A stretch of DNA of 63,996 bases, counting the filler, from Basidiobolus ranarum (lineage: Eukaryota), in NCBI GenBank assembly GCA_040143965.1. It is 7 parts of 7 records of this genome, joined end to end, with 100 filler letters (N's around TTAATTAATTAA, not from the genome) between each part and the next. Parts side by side here need not be neighbours in the genome. Positions count along the whole stretch, not along the records: positions 37,313 to 46,530 come from JASJQH010007733.1; positions 46,631 to 55,841 come from JASJQH010007734.1; 5 more parts are not named here. One strand, 5' to 3'. The notes beneath the pieces are model-generated. The model ran no database searches, was not told where the DNA came from, and saw only the letters and a list, made by a program, of their open reading frames with translations. Both the position numbers and the translations under genes were made by a program. This document shows, piece after piece, positions 38,374 through 51,280 of the stretch (position 1 is its first letter; the number at the start of each line of letters is the position of its first letter).

Positions 38374-41300
38374 CTATGGTTGCTTCCCATCACTCTTGTC
38401 TGTATTCTCGTATTCGAAAACATGGCATATCACTCCCGAATCACTCTCACTTTCGTCCGTGGCACTAAATCGCGTAGACGCTACAGCAGTAGTGAATAAA
38501 ATCGGCTCCTCTACTTCCACGCAAGTAGCTTCAGTGAGATAAAGCTCCTTCGACACTAGATATCACAGGATAGGGGTAAATTCATGTGTTTGAGGGACTT
38601 TCTGAGTGCAAAATAATACAAAAGCTAACCTGTATTGCCATGGGACCGAATTAGAACGGGGCAAAACTCTAATTTCGAGTCCATAGCATTTAATAGGTTG
38701 TCCTCAAGATCCTCTTCGGATAAACTTGAGCCTCTGTTCGTTTTCTTGGGCTGATATACCCCATAAGGTAGGGGATTTTCTTTGCTAAAGTTGAGCTTAC
38801 GGGTTGGCGGAAGGTTTAGGCAGTCATCACGGCTAGGCCTATTAAGATCGTAAATTTGAAAATCAAATTGGGATGACAGCCATAGGGGAAATATATGAGC
38901 AGGATATGTCAAAATTTCGGATTGTAAAATCCATCCAGAGATTGATTGGTGGTGACCCTCGGTTCGACCTAATGTAGGTGCATCCACCGTGTTATAAACT
39001 TGCGCCCAATCTAGACCGCGAACTAAATCCCATTCTACAATGTCCTCCGCATTAACCGACAACTCCTGGTGGTTCAAAATTCGCCCTGAATACTATGCTT
39101 ATTATTTGAGTAACTGTTAAACATGAATAACTTAAATTTACCATTCACTTTCTTCTTTACTGAGATCGGTTTGGTGTGGAGCTGGTGTAGAGTAAGAACT
39201 CCATTTGAGTTGAAAGTATATATTTTCTGTCGTCCTGGAAGAGCGTGGTTACTCCCGCGACGACATTTGGTTTTTTGGGGCCCTTGTGAGCCAACAATAA
39301 ACACCACTTGTGGGGCTGTTTTCCCAAACGCTGGCCCATTATCTCCATTAATGTTAGATTCTGAACAGAATGTATTTGATTTGTCCTCACTTTCAGTTTG
39401 CATTACCCTTGGCTTTAACCTTGTGGCTGGTGTAAGGTTGATCGCCTTGTTCTCAAATAGTCGTAAATATTTTTATCACTGATCTTGATTGATATAATGT
39501 CAACTTACGATGAATGATCTGCGATTGAATCTACCTCTCTCATTCGCAATACAGGTGCGAATATGCGAATCAACATTTGTATGCCCACCATATGGATTAA
39601 TAGCAAATACATCTAAAAGTGAATTAAGGTATATAACGAAACCTTGATTATAATAACGGGTATATAGAGACAAAAGGATACGTGTTGTTCCCCGCCCAGT
39701 ACTTACAGCTAACCACTTCGAATCAATGCTAAAGGTAATATCCTCCACACTGGCAAACGTATATCCACGGGATAGCTTATAACTATATATTTCTTTTAGT
39801 ACAACATCGGTTTGGAACTTGTGAGAAACTTTTAGTTTACATGTTGTTGACCAATCCATTGTTATTGATCTCAAAGACTTTAAAGCTTGTTCCTTGGGTT
39901 GAGGCAGTGGCAAGAAGATTGCCACTGTGGTTGAATGTCATCACAGCAATTCTGTGATTGTGTGCTCTAAAATGATGTAAAGGCTTGTCGGAAACAAGAG
40001 TTGTATGGTTTAAATGGCTAGTATCTTTAACAATAACCTAAGCAAGAATGTTGTTAGTGCCTCCGTTCTTGATCAGTGTTCATCAAGCAATATTTACCAT
40101 TCCACTAGGCTTATCCTGTTTAGAATTATCCTTTGATTCTGCATCTGATTCAACACCTTGACTCTTAGGTCCCATAATATTCAGGTGGCTTTGAGGAAGA
40201 GAGCCAGAAAAATAGCTAGATAAAGTTTTGTATCCCAGACCACCTGATACAATAAACCACATTAGTATAAAGTTACTACATGTTGAGACTAAAATGTATG
40301 AACTCACTAATAGCTTTAACACTATGTACCATGCTCTTTGCAGCTTTCTCTACTTGGTAAACTCTGTCAACGAATTCTCTACTCGGGTTCTCTATAGGTG
40401 CTCTCGAAGAAGTGGCATATGCCAACAGACGATCACCGAGAGCCACAACTGGTGCTGCAGTCATTGGATTGCTTATACCATTTTCTATTACAGTAACAGC
40501 AGTCAAGGTATAAGGGGATAGCACCAAGAGCTTATTTGGCTTGAATGCCTAAAAGGTGTATATGGAGTATGTAAGTATTATACCATTGACATTGAGAAAT
40601 ATGGTGACGTACCAAAACGATGGTGTTGTCATTGCACTTGATGTCCATCAACTCTTCAAGCTTGTACTCAATGGTCTTAATGTTGGTATGGGTTTTTAGT
40701 GAAAAGAAATCCAATTTCGACGTTTTCCGATTCATGCTATAATCTTCATTGTCTATAGTTCCCTCTGACCTTAAATTAGAAGATTGTTAAATATCTCTTG
40801 TTGGATGTTGTGATATGGAGTTGAACCTACACAACAGCAATGAGGGTTCTGTAGCCTTTAAATTCATCTAAAATATTCTTTCGAAATCTAGGCTCCGGCA
40901 GTGACTACGAAACGGAGGTAAAGTTACATTTTCTTCTGCAATGAAATAGGGCTGGTGCCAGATTCCTACCTTGATACATGTGACTCGTTGGTTTTCTTGT
41001 CTATATGAAAATATCTCCCTAATGTCATTCACGTTCAATATATCCCATATTTGGAATCCATCTTCATAACCGAGCATTAGACAAAGTCGCCTAATCATTA
41101 ACGTAAATAGAGTTACTAAGAGAACACTATTCACCTTCCAGAAACGATTATACAAACCTTTGTAGCTTCATGGATGTATCGTTTTTAGTGGATATTGATG
41201 AATTGTTGGAAAATACACCCCAAATCCAATCGAATGAAGCGCATGTTACTGGCCTTCTCTTGTTAGTAACCATTTGCTTGGCTCCATGTGAGGTGTTTTG

Positions 41301-41573
41301 GGCAGGAACACTTCCTTCTATTTGTTGTGAGTGTCCTTTTTTCATTCGAGATAAAGTTTCCGGAAGGTTGTTCGAAACATAATTGGAAATACCATATAAT
41401 AAAGTTGAAATATTCTCAAAAGAGGAGATTTCTCTGGATTTGCAAAAAGACAAGGGGAAATAGTTAGTACAAGGTACGCTTTAATTTGCGTGTAACTACG
41501 TTAGGTTGTGGGAATACCTCAAGTATTTTGGCTCAGCCCTATTGCCTACTTTTGAGTTGGGATTCTTGGACAT
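38374..41573 (-). CDS. BCAS3-like (PROPPIN/Atg18-related) WD40 protein, multi-exon
   Basis: [76 protein letters not shown]...PLWLSSQFDF. Start MSKNPN at 41573; 3' end approximate. Confidence 0.8.
39613..39681 (-). other. U12-type (minor spliceosome) GT-AG intron
   Basis: 5' splice site GTATCCTTT. Branch-site-like TACCTTAAT ends 10 nt before the intron end. Removal restores [11 protein letters not shown]. Confidence 0.8.
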
Positions 41574-44500
41574 TTGACGAGCTGAAGTTTGGGTGAGATT
41601 ATAAACTGTGTTTTTCGTAAGGTTCTTTCGAGTTGTACTGTTATCAGAGACCAATCTAGTAAGAGGATTGCTTTCTTCTTTAAAATCTAATGCATTATTT
41701 TCTATAGAGCACAAGTCGTCAGGTTTCTTTGATGTCACTTCGGAAGAATAGTAAGAAGGTAAGGTAGAACAGCTCAAGTACAAGAATAGCAAACAAGTTA
41801 GGAGGCTATCTAAAAGCAGTCACGGTGAGAAGGAATAGAAATCTATATGACTTTAACTTGGCTCTCCATTAGAATTTAGTAGTACAATCCATCCTCGTGA
41901 CTGGCTCCGGAGGTTTATGTAGCTCTGTGACTATTTTTGATTACAAAACCATATGAAAAACAATTGCCATACTTCACAAATAAACGAACTAAATGATGCG
42001 ATACATTTAGGTTTAGGAAGAAAGGAGCAGTGAATCCGATTTGACACGGTTTATTTAGGTTAACTGTGCAAGTTGACAACTGTAGTAATCGGCATGTCAG
42101 TTTTAATTTGACAAGGTTGAAACGTGGCTAACAACCCCTGACTTCCACATCAAACCAATGCCTCCCCTCGCCATTATTCGAATGCTGATGACTCGAGGCA
42201 TCTATGACACATTTGATACTGGTCTAAGTTTTGAGAATAGCCAGACGATCGTTTAGCATCAAAACCAAGTCAAGAGCGACCCGTTAGCTATGCCCTTCAA
42301 GATCACGAACATTACTGGAATGTATCTTCCTTAAGCAGATCTGATCCCAAGGATACGCAGAGCACATTGATGGGAAGACAATAGGTCACAAGTAAGGTGT
42401 TCGTATTTAACAGCCATTTAGGCTTTGGTGCAAGAGCAAATAATGGCGAGACGGTTTCGTAGCTCTTGTCACTTACAATGCAGCCAGAATCATTCCGATT
42501 ATTCCACAGATTATTGTTTCACATGAGGTATTCTCGGAGAGTAAGCACTAACAAGCACAATACATCCCATTTCAATCTTAATGCATAGAGTTGATTCTCC
42601 ATATCGGACATGCTGGAGCATCTTTTGACATTTTATTGCACTACACTATTCCCAGCTAGCTTTTTTTGGAGGTATTGGTGCCCAATACCAACGGCATAGA
42701 GCTTCACGCTTTCGCAGTATCCAGAAGAGTTTGGACTTTTGCGAGCAAAACTAGATCTGGGCAATTAACCTTTATCATATTGCAAATCAACATGGAATGG
42801 GATATTGAATAACCTCGCTGGACTTTCGGTCTGATCCTCTGCATCCCCTTTGCTGCATATATCCATACATCGAATCACTTAAGATTATCCTAATAATCGG
42901 TAAGAACAAACGCTTCAAGTGTGAGTCTCTCCTCATATCGTCTTCCATAAAAGAATCTTGATTTTTACTTGCTCCTTGGTTCATATTCAAGGCTTTGAGA
43001 ATGCACTGAAAAATACAAGCTTGCGCTACTAAATACCAGTTTAAGGCGTAGTGGCGACCAGAATCCTAGTGAATACTTGCAAATGGCCTCAATATCAGCC
43101 ATGCTATATATGGCCAAGCAGTTTACCAAATATACATTTAGAATTATTAGCCTTTGCTAAATTGAATCAGTCGCCAATGTAAATCATAATATAATGCCAT
43201 AACGATTGATGTGCTTGAACGCCAAATTAGATTGTATTGCTTTTATCATCAAATGAGCACCAATAGCTGGCAAATGAAGAACGTTGGGGAAATGGCGACC
43301 GTATGGATAGCCATGTATTTGAGGCGTCACTGTGGGTAAAATAACCCATGGACAATCAGGCCACAATCTCGATTAATAAGTTACTCCAGACCTGTCCGGG
43401 GTATTGGATATTTTAAATTCAAGGGGACCTCTGGCAAGACAGATGTGATATGGGCTGACATCCCTTTCTCAAATGCTCGGCAATAAAGCATAAGGATTCA
43501 AATAGAAATAGCCCAGGGTTATTAGACGGCAATCCAGTTCGTTATCTTTCAAGCCAGCGAATACTCGTAATTGGCAACGATACCACATGGGTCTGCTTCA
43601 TTGATTCCGAGTGCGGAAATATTTCCCACTTGAATCTCGTCATCAGCAAATGCCTCACCATGCACGATCTATACAATTTCCTTTTTACATCACTCCTCCC
43701 TTCATTGTACACTTCGGATCAAGCAGTGTTGCGTCACATCTGAATTTTCTTACGTACGCCAACCTCTTTGCCTCAGACGATGTTGCCTCATTGCAACCTT
43801 GAACCTCAGGCAAAGCTTTAAATGGATCAAGCACTGGATCTGTAAGACCTCACATCCGTTAGCCTTAAAAAGCAATTTCCACCTAACCCTAAGATCGGGG
43901 CAATTCTATGGAAAGAAAGAATGTTTACTCTAGGTGTTGTTAGCGGGCAAAACATCTCAAAGCCGTCTATGATTTGATAGCCTGAGTTCAAACTCTAACC
44001 ACTGCCCTATCTTGAGAATATTCAGCCCCACTTGCACTCGGGAGTCAGTCAAAACCTCGGGATCCTTCACATGTTTTCAGGCAATTGCTCTATCCATCCA
44101 ACGCTGTACCACTAGGCTAGTTTAATATGGATGAGCCTGACCCATACCTATTTGATTCGTGATTTGCTGTGAACAAGATCCCATAATCCCACTCCTTTCG
44201 ACTGGGAACGATAGTGTTTCTGTCTCCATTGGCCTGAATTTAATCTAATTTGCGCAGCATACATGTCAAGTAATTCGACATTCGTGATTAAGGCGAGAAT
44301 CGCTGGTGTTCTTGTCAAGATGATGGTGACTAACAATAACAAAACAAGGATAAAATTAATACTCAAAGATGGCCGCTGATTGGCCCGCTGTGAGAGGACT
44401 TGCATCACTAAATACTGAGGAATCGTATTTCCATTTTCTCTGGTGACGGATGGATACTCCCAGAATAGAATGCCATACGTATAAAAATAGACATTATTGC

Positions 44501-45145
44501 CAAATGTGGTTGGAGGCGAAGATGGTGCGCAACACAAACGCCGTAATAAGTGAAAACCTCAGCTATTCAAATCTTGGTTAACATAGAATCGCGCCAAGTG
44601 CGGCTGATAAGTGGGTGATTTTTCGCTGGGAAATATGATGGGGGTGCAGACGAATTCGGCAATAGTTTTGAGAATATTGAATGGTGGAGAGGGGAAAAAG
44701 CTTAATTTGTAACGGCAAATGAACTCTGTCATAGTATATAGTGTTCCTTTTTCATTAAAACCTATATCAAATATTGTAGATTGGATATATTGCAATACTT
44801 CTGAACTCATCGTATCAGATAACCTGATTGGAGTTTAGCCTGGAGAATAGATCGGTGAAACTCAGCTCAAGGTGTAACCTAAAATCTTTTATAACTAAGA
44901 TCGGCTGTCTAATATCGTTACCTTGCTCATACACTCATCTCACTTGTTTTGAACACTTCGAGTTTTCTGTGTGGCAGGAAGAAACGTTTACTCACACAAG
45001 TTTATTTCTATCTGCTGTACTAGGAACATATCACTCTTAGTTTCCTTTGTTTATATCGTTATTGGTGCTAGCTTATATCTTTACGTGCTAGACTCTATTG
45101 TAAGATACCCTCGACAACGTGGTCCCCTTGTTTAATACACCGATA

Positions 45146-46530
45146 ATGTTAGGTACTTCGACAATCATACCAAAACCAAGACGAGTGAGGTCTGTAGGTT
45201 ATGGAAACGGTACACTTGGGCAGCGACGAACTCCGCGACAACCAAACCTTGACCTCCCCCAGTATTATTACTATTACGAGGACGACGAAAAAGATTATTA
45301 TCGTATTAAAGGCATTCGGATCGTCAGACGTCGTGTATTTTTGCAGAGATTACTTCATGTACTCTTTTTTTGTATATTTGGTGCATTATGCGGATATATG
45401 TATATATCCTATAAGTTACCATTGTCAAACGCTCCATCTACTGGAGTTGTTCGTGAAGGTTTAGCGTTTTATCGGATCCTGGGCAATGATTTACCTCCTC
45501 GTCATAAACCGGGACAAACGTTAAATAATGTGCGCTTTATCTTGGAGAATGAGGTCCAGTTTCCGAATACTGAGAAGTGGTGGATTGTAAATCGAATCGT
45601 CGACCCAGAGCAAGAAGCTGCCATCCTCAAGCTTTTAGAAAGCCACAACCAGCAATATATCCGGATTCCATTCGAAGAAGAGGAGTACATAAAAAGAGAC
45701 TTCCGTTACGAGGATTTCCCCATCCAAGATTTTTTCCGTTCTGATGAATTTTCAGCTTTGGGAAATATGGGAAAATTGAGGGTTATCGATTATACATACC
45801 ATGACAAGAACTTGTATGTAATGAATAATGTAAGTCCTCTTTTACGATAAAAAGTAATCATATATATTAGATAGCTCTAACATCCATTTTCTACTTTTTT
45901 ATTAGAATGGTGGTCGTAACTTTGCTTTGACTCATGGTAAGAAATCGAAAGCCAAGTGGATCCTACCTTTCGACGGAAATTGCTTCTTTACCGAGACATC
46001 GTTTAACGAGATCACGCATCGCTTAAAACAACTCGGTGATAATCATAAATATTTCATTGTACCCATGGCTAGAGTGCTAAATAATACAGAGTTGTTGGAG
46101 AATCCACGCGTAAAACCTGTAGCCTCTCAAGAGCCTCAAATAATATTTCGATACGACTCGACTGAGACATTCAACATGCAAATGCGTTACGGAAGACGTC
46201 CTAAGGTATTTTCAAACCATTAAAGCAATATCGCTCTTTGTTTAACCATTTTTTTCAGCTCGAGTTACTGTGGCGATTGGGTGCCTACAAATCTCGCGAA
46301 ACGACCACTCAAGAGGTGGTGCCTTGGGAAGTTCGTGAGAGACCGGATTCATTGGAAAAGGGTGGTTATGAAACAGCTGGTTGGGTATTTCGATTATTCT
46401 CGGGACAAGCAAGTCAGGAAATTAACACCAAAGAAGCCACCAGAATGCGTGCCTACAATCGACTCCTGGCTATACAGCAATTCATTGATGCCATTGATGA
46501 TAAAATCGGACGCAAGTTCTTCTCACCCGA
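45146..46530 (+). CDS. Type II membrane protein of the family that often carries a C-terminal alginate-lyase-like domain; 3' truncated by linker
   Basis: A TM segment, then YRILGNDLPPRH..GQTL.N.RFILENE..F, KNLYVMNN|NGGRN, WILPFDGNCF, EPQIIFR, RYGRRPK|LELLWRLG. Two GT-AG introns. Confidence 0.75.
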
Positions 46531-46630
46531 NNNNNNNNNNNNNNNNNNNNNNNNNNNNNNNNNNNNNNNNNNNNTTAATTAATTAANNNNNNNNNNNNNN
46601 NNNNNNNNNNNNNNNNNNNNNNNNNNNNNN

Positions 46631-46745
46631 CTTGACAAAACTATAAATGTCAACTTTCTACTCAATAAATCAATAAGTGAAAACCACCAATTTCTCTAAT
46701 TCTCCAAACCACTTCCAACAGGCTCCCAAATACTTTAACAAGCAT
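46631..46745. repeat. Dispersed repeat family A copy
   Basis: Direct similarity to 310-420 (ATGTCAACTTT.TACTCAATAAA..., CCACTTCCAACAG). Confidence 0.7.
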
Positions 46746-47184
46746 TATATGCAGAGCTTGCCCACTAATTTGTACCATGGAACAACCAATAGTGCTGCTT
46801 GGTGCTACATTGCTAATATAATATAACACGATAAGAAGGTCAGATGATAATTTTGGATTTATTCACATTCTCAATATACCATGATGATTGGTAATGCATT
46901 TAGAACATTCCAGAGTATACTAAGCTTCACAATTGGAATATTCAGGAATATAGATGGATGTTTAAAAGTAAATATGGTTATAGAGCCAAGCGAGGGCCAA
47001 GAGATGACGCTGAGTAAAAAGGAGCCTATGTTCAAAAAGTCAAGTATAGGTTCGAATGTAAGAGAGATTAAACACAAAGAGAGAGGGAAGGGAACTTGAA
47101 AATCAGTGGTATGTACGAGTAGATGCGCATGACAGAAGAAATTACAAACGATTCGTCTATGATGAATGATCCCATATTCTGCAC

Positions 47185-50100
47185 TTATTCGTGTTCTTCT
47201 GGGTTAGTAGTAAGGGCCTGTCTAACCGAGGTCTCTTGGGTAGAGGTTTGCCCTTCAGTCAGACGAGGACTAGGCTCACCCGAGGTCACTGTCATGTGCT
47301 TCTCCACTTCGGTGATGGCTAGAAATTTGGGTTATTAACAACAGAATGAGGGATGGGTGGTGCATAAAGTAACTCACTTGAAATTAAATGTTTGCCGTAT
47401 GTATACTTCTTTAGAGACTGCAAATGGGGTTTAATCTTGTTAATAAGGATCTCTCTTTGGTCGCCATCCACCACATCGAGCATCTTTTGTACAACGTAGT
47501 TGGCGTATTGATCCTTCATCATCATAACTAGAGCAGAGGTTCCGTCGGGTTTGGTTTGGATAACTTCGTCAATGAGCGTTTGTCTGTCACGCTTGCTACC
47601 GTGCGCAATGCATTTCTCAACAACATTACTGGCAAATTTATGCTTGCTCATCTGGAGCACTTGTCCGCGTACCTTGTTGACAACCAGTGATCTGTCAGCA
47701 GGCTTGCCTCTCTCGAGAACATGTTGAATGACATAATTGCCGTATTGGTCCTGGACAAGGTTCTGGGTGTAGCGGTGAAGCTCGTCGAGAAGAGGCTGGG
47801 TTTGGTCATCGGTGCAATGCTCAAACATACGCTGGATTACACGGCAACCATACGGATGAGTGGCGAGGTTGTAAACTTGACCGTGGAATGCATTGATGAT
47901 AAACTGAATGTGTTCAGCTGGCACACGCTCAATGGCCTTTTGGATAACATGGTTGCCATTCTGATCCTTGACGCATTTCAGAACATTTCCATCCAATTCT
48001 TTGACCAGGAGGGCCTGTTGTTCAGTCAATACGTGTTCAAGAGCCTTTTGAACGACACGGCACCCATACATCTGAAGAGATAACGAGAGCACGTGGGTTT
48101 CCATTTGCTTAGCCAGTATGGTTTTTTGAACTTGATTCCCGTGCTCAAAGAATTTCTGGATAACGTAATTACCAAAAACATCGGTCATAAGCTGCAATGC
48201 ATTAGGGAGTATCTCATCAAAAACGAGCTGCTTCTCTTCGCTATTGGCCGTTTCAAGCTTTTGTTGAATAAAACGCGAGCCATGTTGATCTCCGCTAAAC
48301 TCGACCATACTGCCGACAATATCCCGCAACTCGTACTTCTTATTCTTGTTATTACGGAATTCCTCCAAAAGGGCACTTCTCATACCATGGTTAGGATCAA
48401 CCCCAAGAGATGCCAGATTCAAGTCAGGAGTCATGGGTCGTCTGCCCGCACCAGCAGTGGATGGATAGGGCGGAATGTTGTTAATGATCTCATGGCCATG
48501 CTGTTGTCTGAGAAGCTGCTCACGCAGTAACATCTGCTGTTGGTTGAGTTGTTGTTGCTGTAAGAGCAGCTGATTGCGGAGCTTTCTTTCGTTCAGAGAA
48601 TAAGAAGAATGAGATCTCTGCAGAGTAGGTGGACCGTAATTAGAAGCGCCACCAGTGGGTGAAGAATTCATGTAACCATTGTTATTCATTCCGTTTCCGC
48701 CAGTTCCATAAAGCTGATTACGCTTCAAGGCACCCAGTTCAGAAGCGAGTACTTGCTCGGCGCGAGCAACAGAAAGACCTTGCTGCTGAAGCTGCTGGAG
48801 AGCTTGTCTGTATTCCAATGGAGAAATACCTAGAGCCTCAGCACGACTGTATAGGTCATTACCCAACACACGCTCCTCTCGATCCCATGCATACATATCA
48901 GCTCCAGATCCGCCATATCCAGAATACATGGACGAGGAAATGGCTCCATGGTCATTCAGATACGAGTTGTATCCTTGAGATTGTAATTTGGCTTGCTGCA
49001 AAAGACGAGCATGTTGAGCAGCTTCATAATCGTTATCGTTAAGGCTCATACCATGCATATCCATTAACAAATTACTACTGACGTCCCCTCCAAGATCATT
49101 ACCAGGTGCCATTTTCTGGCCACGCTGGTATTGCTGAGTTGGGGGAGTGGAACTAGCTCTTTGAGGAACAGGGGCTCTAGCACCACGGGAAGTAGGAGCA
49201 CCAGAATGGGGAGAGTAGCGGTCATCATCTAAGCCATCCATTGCAGCATTGACTACTGATCTAAGACGAAGTCGATCATAATCGTTATCTGAAAGGAGCC
49301 CCGAGTTGAGGTCACCGTCATCAGCACCACCACGATTGTTGTCGTATGAAATACTTGCTTGTCTCTGCTGGAGGGCAATTACTGGGGAAGGCGTACGAGG
49401 GAAATCCTAGGTTGAAATGGAAAGTCAATACTAAATAGTGCTAGACCAGGAAACAACTTTGCATTTACATCTTGAATCAAATCCACCAAGTTGCGGTGTC
49501 TGGAAGCGGCATCCACGTTGTTTCCACCACCATAGATTTGCTTGATTTCATTAGAACCCCAAGGGTCATTTTTGGTTTCATTCATCCTCAAGCCTCGACT
49601 TTGTTCAGGTTCCAAACTCTGTCAATTGTGAGAGAAATACATATTCAATAAGAAGTTCAATAAAAGTCCAGCCCAGAACTACTAACCTGATCAAGGGGAT
49701 GGTTACCATAAAAATCATCATGGCCTGCAGAAAGTTTAGTTAGAAGGGAATTCTAGAAAGATTACTCAGTTGTTCATACCAAAACCCTTGAACCGTTCTA
49801 ACTCTTTCTCTTTATGAGAATTTGGACCGTTAGGATTTTTCCCAAGAGAATCAATCCCAGCGCCAGCCCACATTTGCCAAGATGGATTGTTAGATCCATA
49901 GCCAGGAGGTAGTCTTGCTTCAGTGCGAGGCTGGTTGTAATACTGCGAAGTTTGTTCTCCATCTAAATGAGATTTACTAGGAAGAAAATCTCCTTCGGGA
50001 TTTTGCTGTAATACAGGTTAGCATAGAGCAAGGAGATAAGATGAGGAAAATACATACGTTAAATCTCCCCAACCGATCCATGAGTTGAGTAGGTGGAGCA

Positions 50101-50337
50101 CTACTAGAACGGTTAATGTCGCCAGCTTGACCGTTAAAAGCATCATATTCTAAATCAAACTTTCCACGAAGCATGGCAGCGAGCTATTGAAAAGTGAGTT
50201 AATATTCACTAATTTCTATAGAGTATATAAATGAATATAGACATTACTTGTCCTTGAGGTTGGTTTTTTGCTTTAGGCTGAAAGATGCCACTTTTGCTAG
50301 ATGCAGCAGGCATATCATCAGGATTAAAACGAGACAT
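47185..50337 (-). CDS. Pumilio-family RNA-binding protein (PUM1/Puf3 type) with eight PUF repeats
   Basis: Eight repeats from DQHGSRFIQ to DQYANYVVQ, plus KKYTYGKH. Upstream exons with RSSSAPPT and [18 protein letters not shown] 50337; last exon ends EEHE* at 47185. Confidence 0.93.
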
Positions 50338-51280
50338 TTTCAAAGTGTTATCCGTCTATTAGGAATTATTGGCTTGGCTGGGTAAAGGTATCCACAAACA
50401 AAGGTTTGCTTGTCAAGATATTTCAATACTGAAAAGTATAAGATTATTTTGTTGCCAAGCAGAGTCTACAGTGGTGCAGGATCTATAGACAGACTAATTT
50501 GTACAGATTTACACCAAAATAAGTACAAGGGTACAAGAATACACAAGGAAATGAAGGGATAATAACAAAGATGGAACAAATGAGAGTACACGAGGCGACC
50601 AAAGTGTGCAAAAACGTTTACTAGCCAAGAGTTACGAGATAGTTTGCAACAAGGTCAGGAAAAATTGGACCCCCGAACTAAGTTCTGAGGGAAATTTTTG
50701 GTTGTTAACTAGAACTAATACTTCTTGAGTATCATTTTTGACCAGGGCATGCATCTTGGTGTAAATGCAATGATGGTCATAGATTTCGATCCAAGGGTGT
50801 CTAGGGTGTTTAATGATCAGTTCGATTTACATTAGAATTCACACAGGAATGCACGCTGGGATTGGGCTAACCACTAAATAACGCTCAGGAATCAGGAACT
50901 GGATACAGATCCAGATACCGAAGATACGTATGTTCTGAGAAACACGCTCAGTAATCATTTCCGTGATCATTTCGGTAATCATTTCCCTTGTGTTGCCAAT
51001 GATGCTTTCAGTGTAATTAAGTGTAACCCACATTGTTTGTTGTCGCTACACATTTCTCGAACAAACCCTAATCCACACATGCTCACGTGATGACTGAGCT
51101 TAACAACTGAGTTTCACATTTCTTCCAAACATTCAAAGCGTTTGAGAACTAATACAAGGAATCACAAGGCGTCGTTTCAAAGTGACTACGATGCTTTATA
51201 AGGATTCCCGGCAATTGACCGTTTAGATTGGTTTCTATATCTCTGTAAATCACTTTACCTTTGTCTGGGTTGTGGTAATC

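Noticed and set aside
47721..49042. Plus-strand ORFs 47721-48083, 48093-48530 and 48659-49042
   Set aside because: Antisense shadows of the PUF coding exon. The same applies to the short antisense ORFs over the DUF3684, ArfGAP, CDC24, cyclase and GPI genes.
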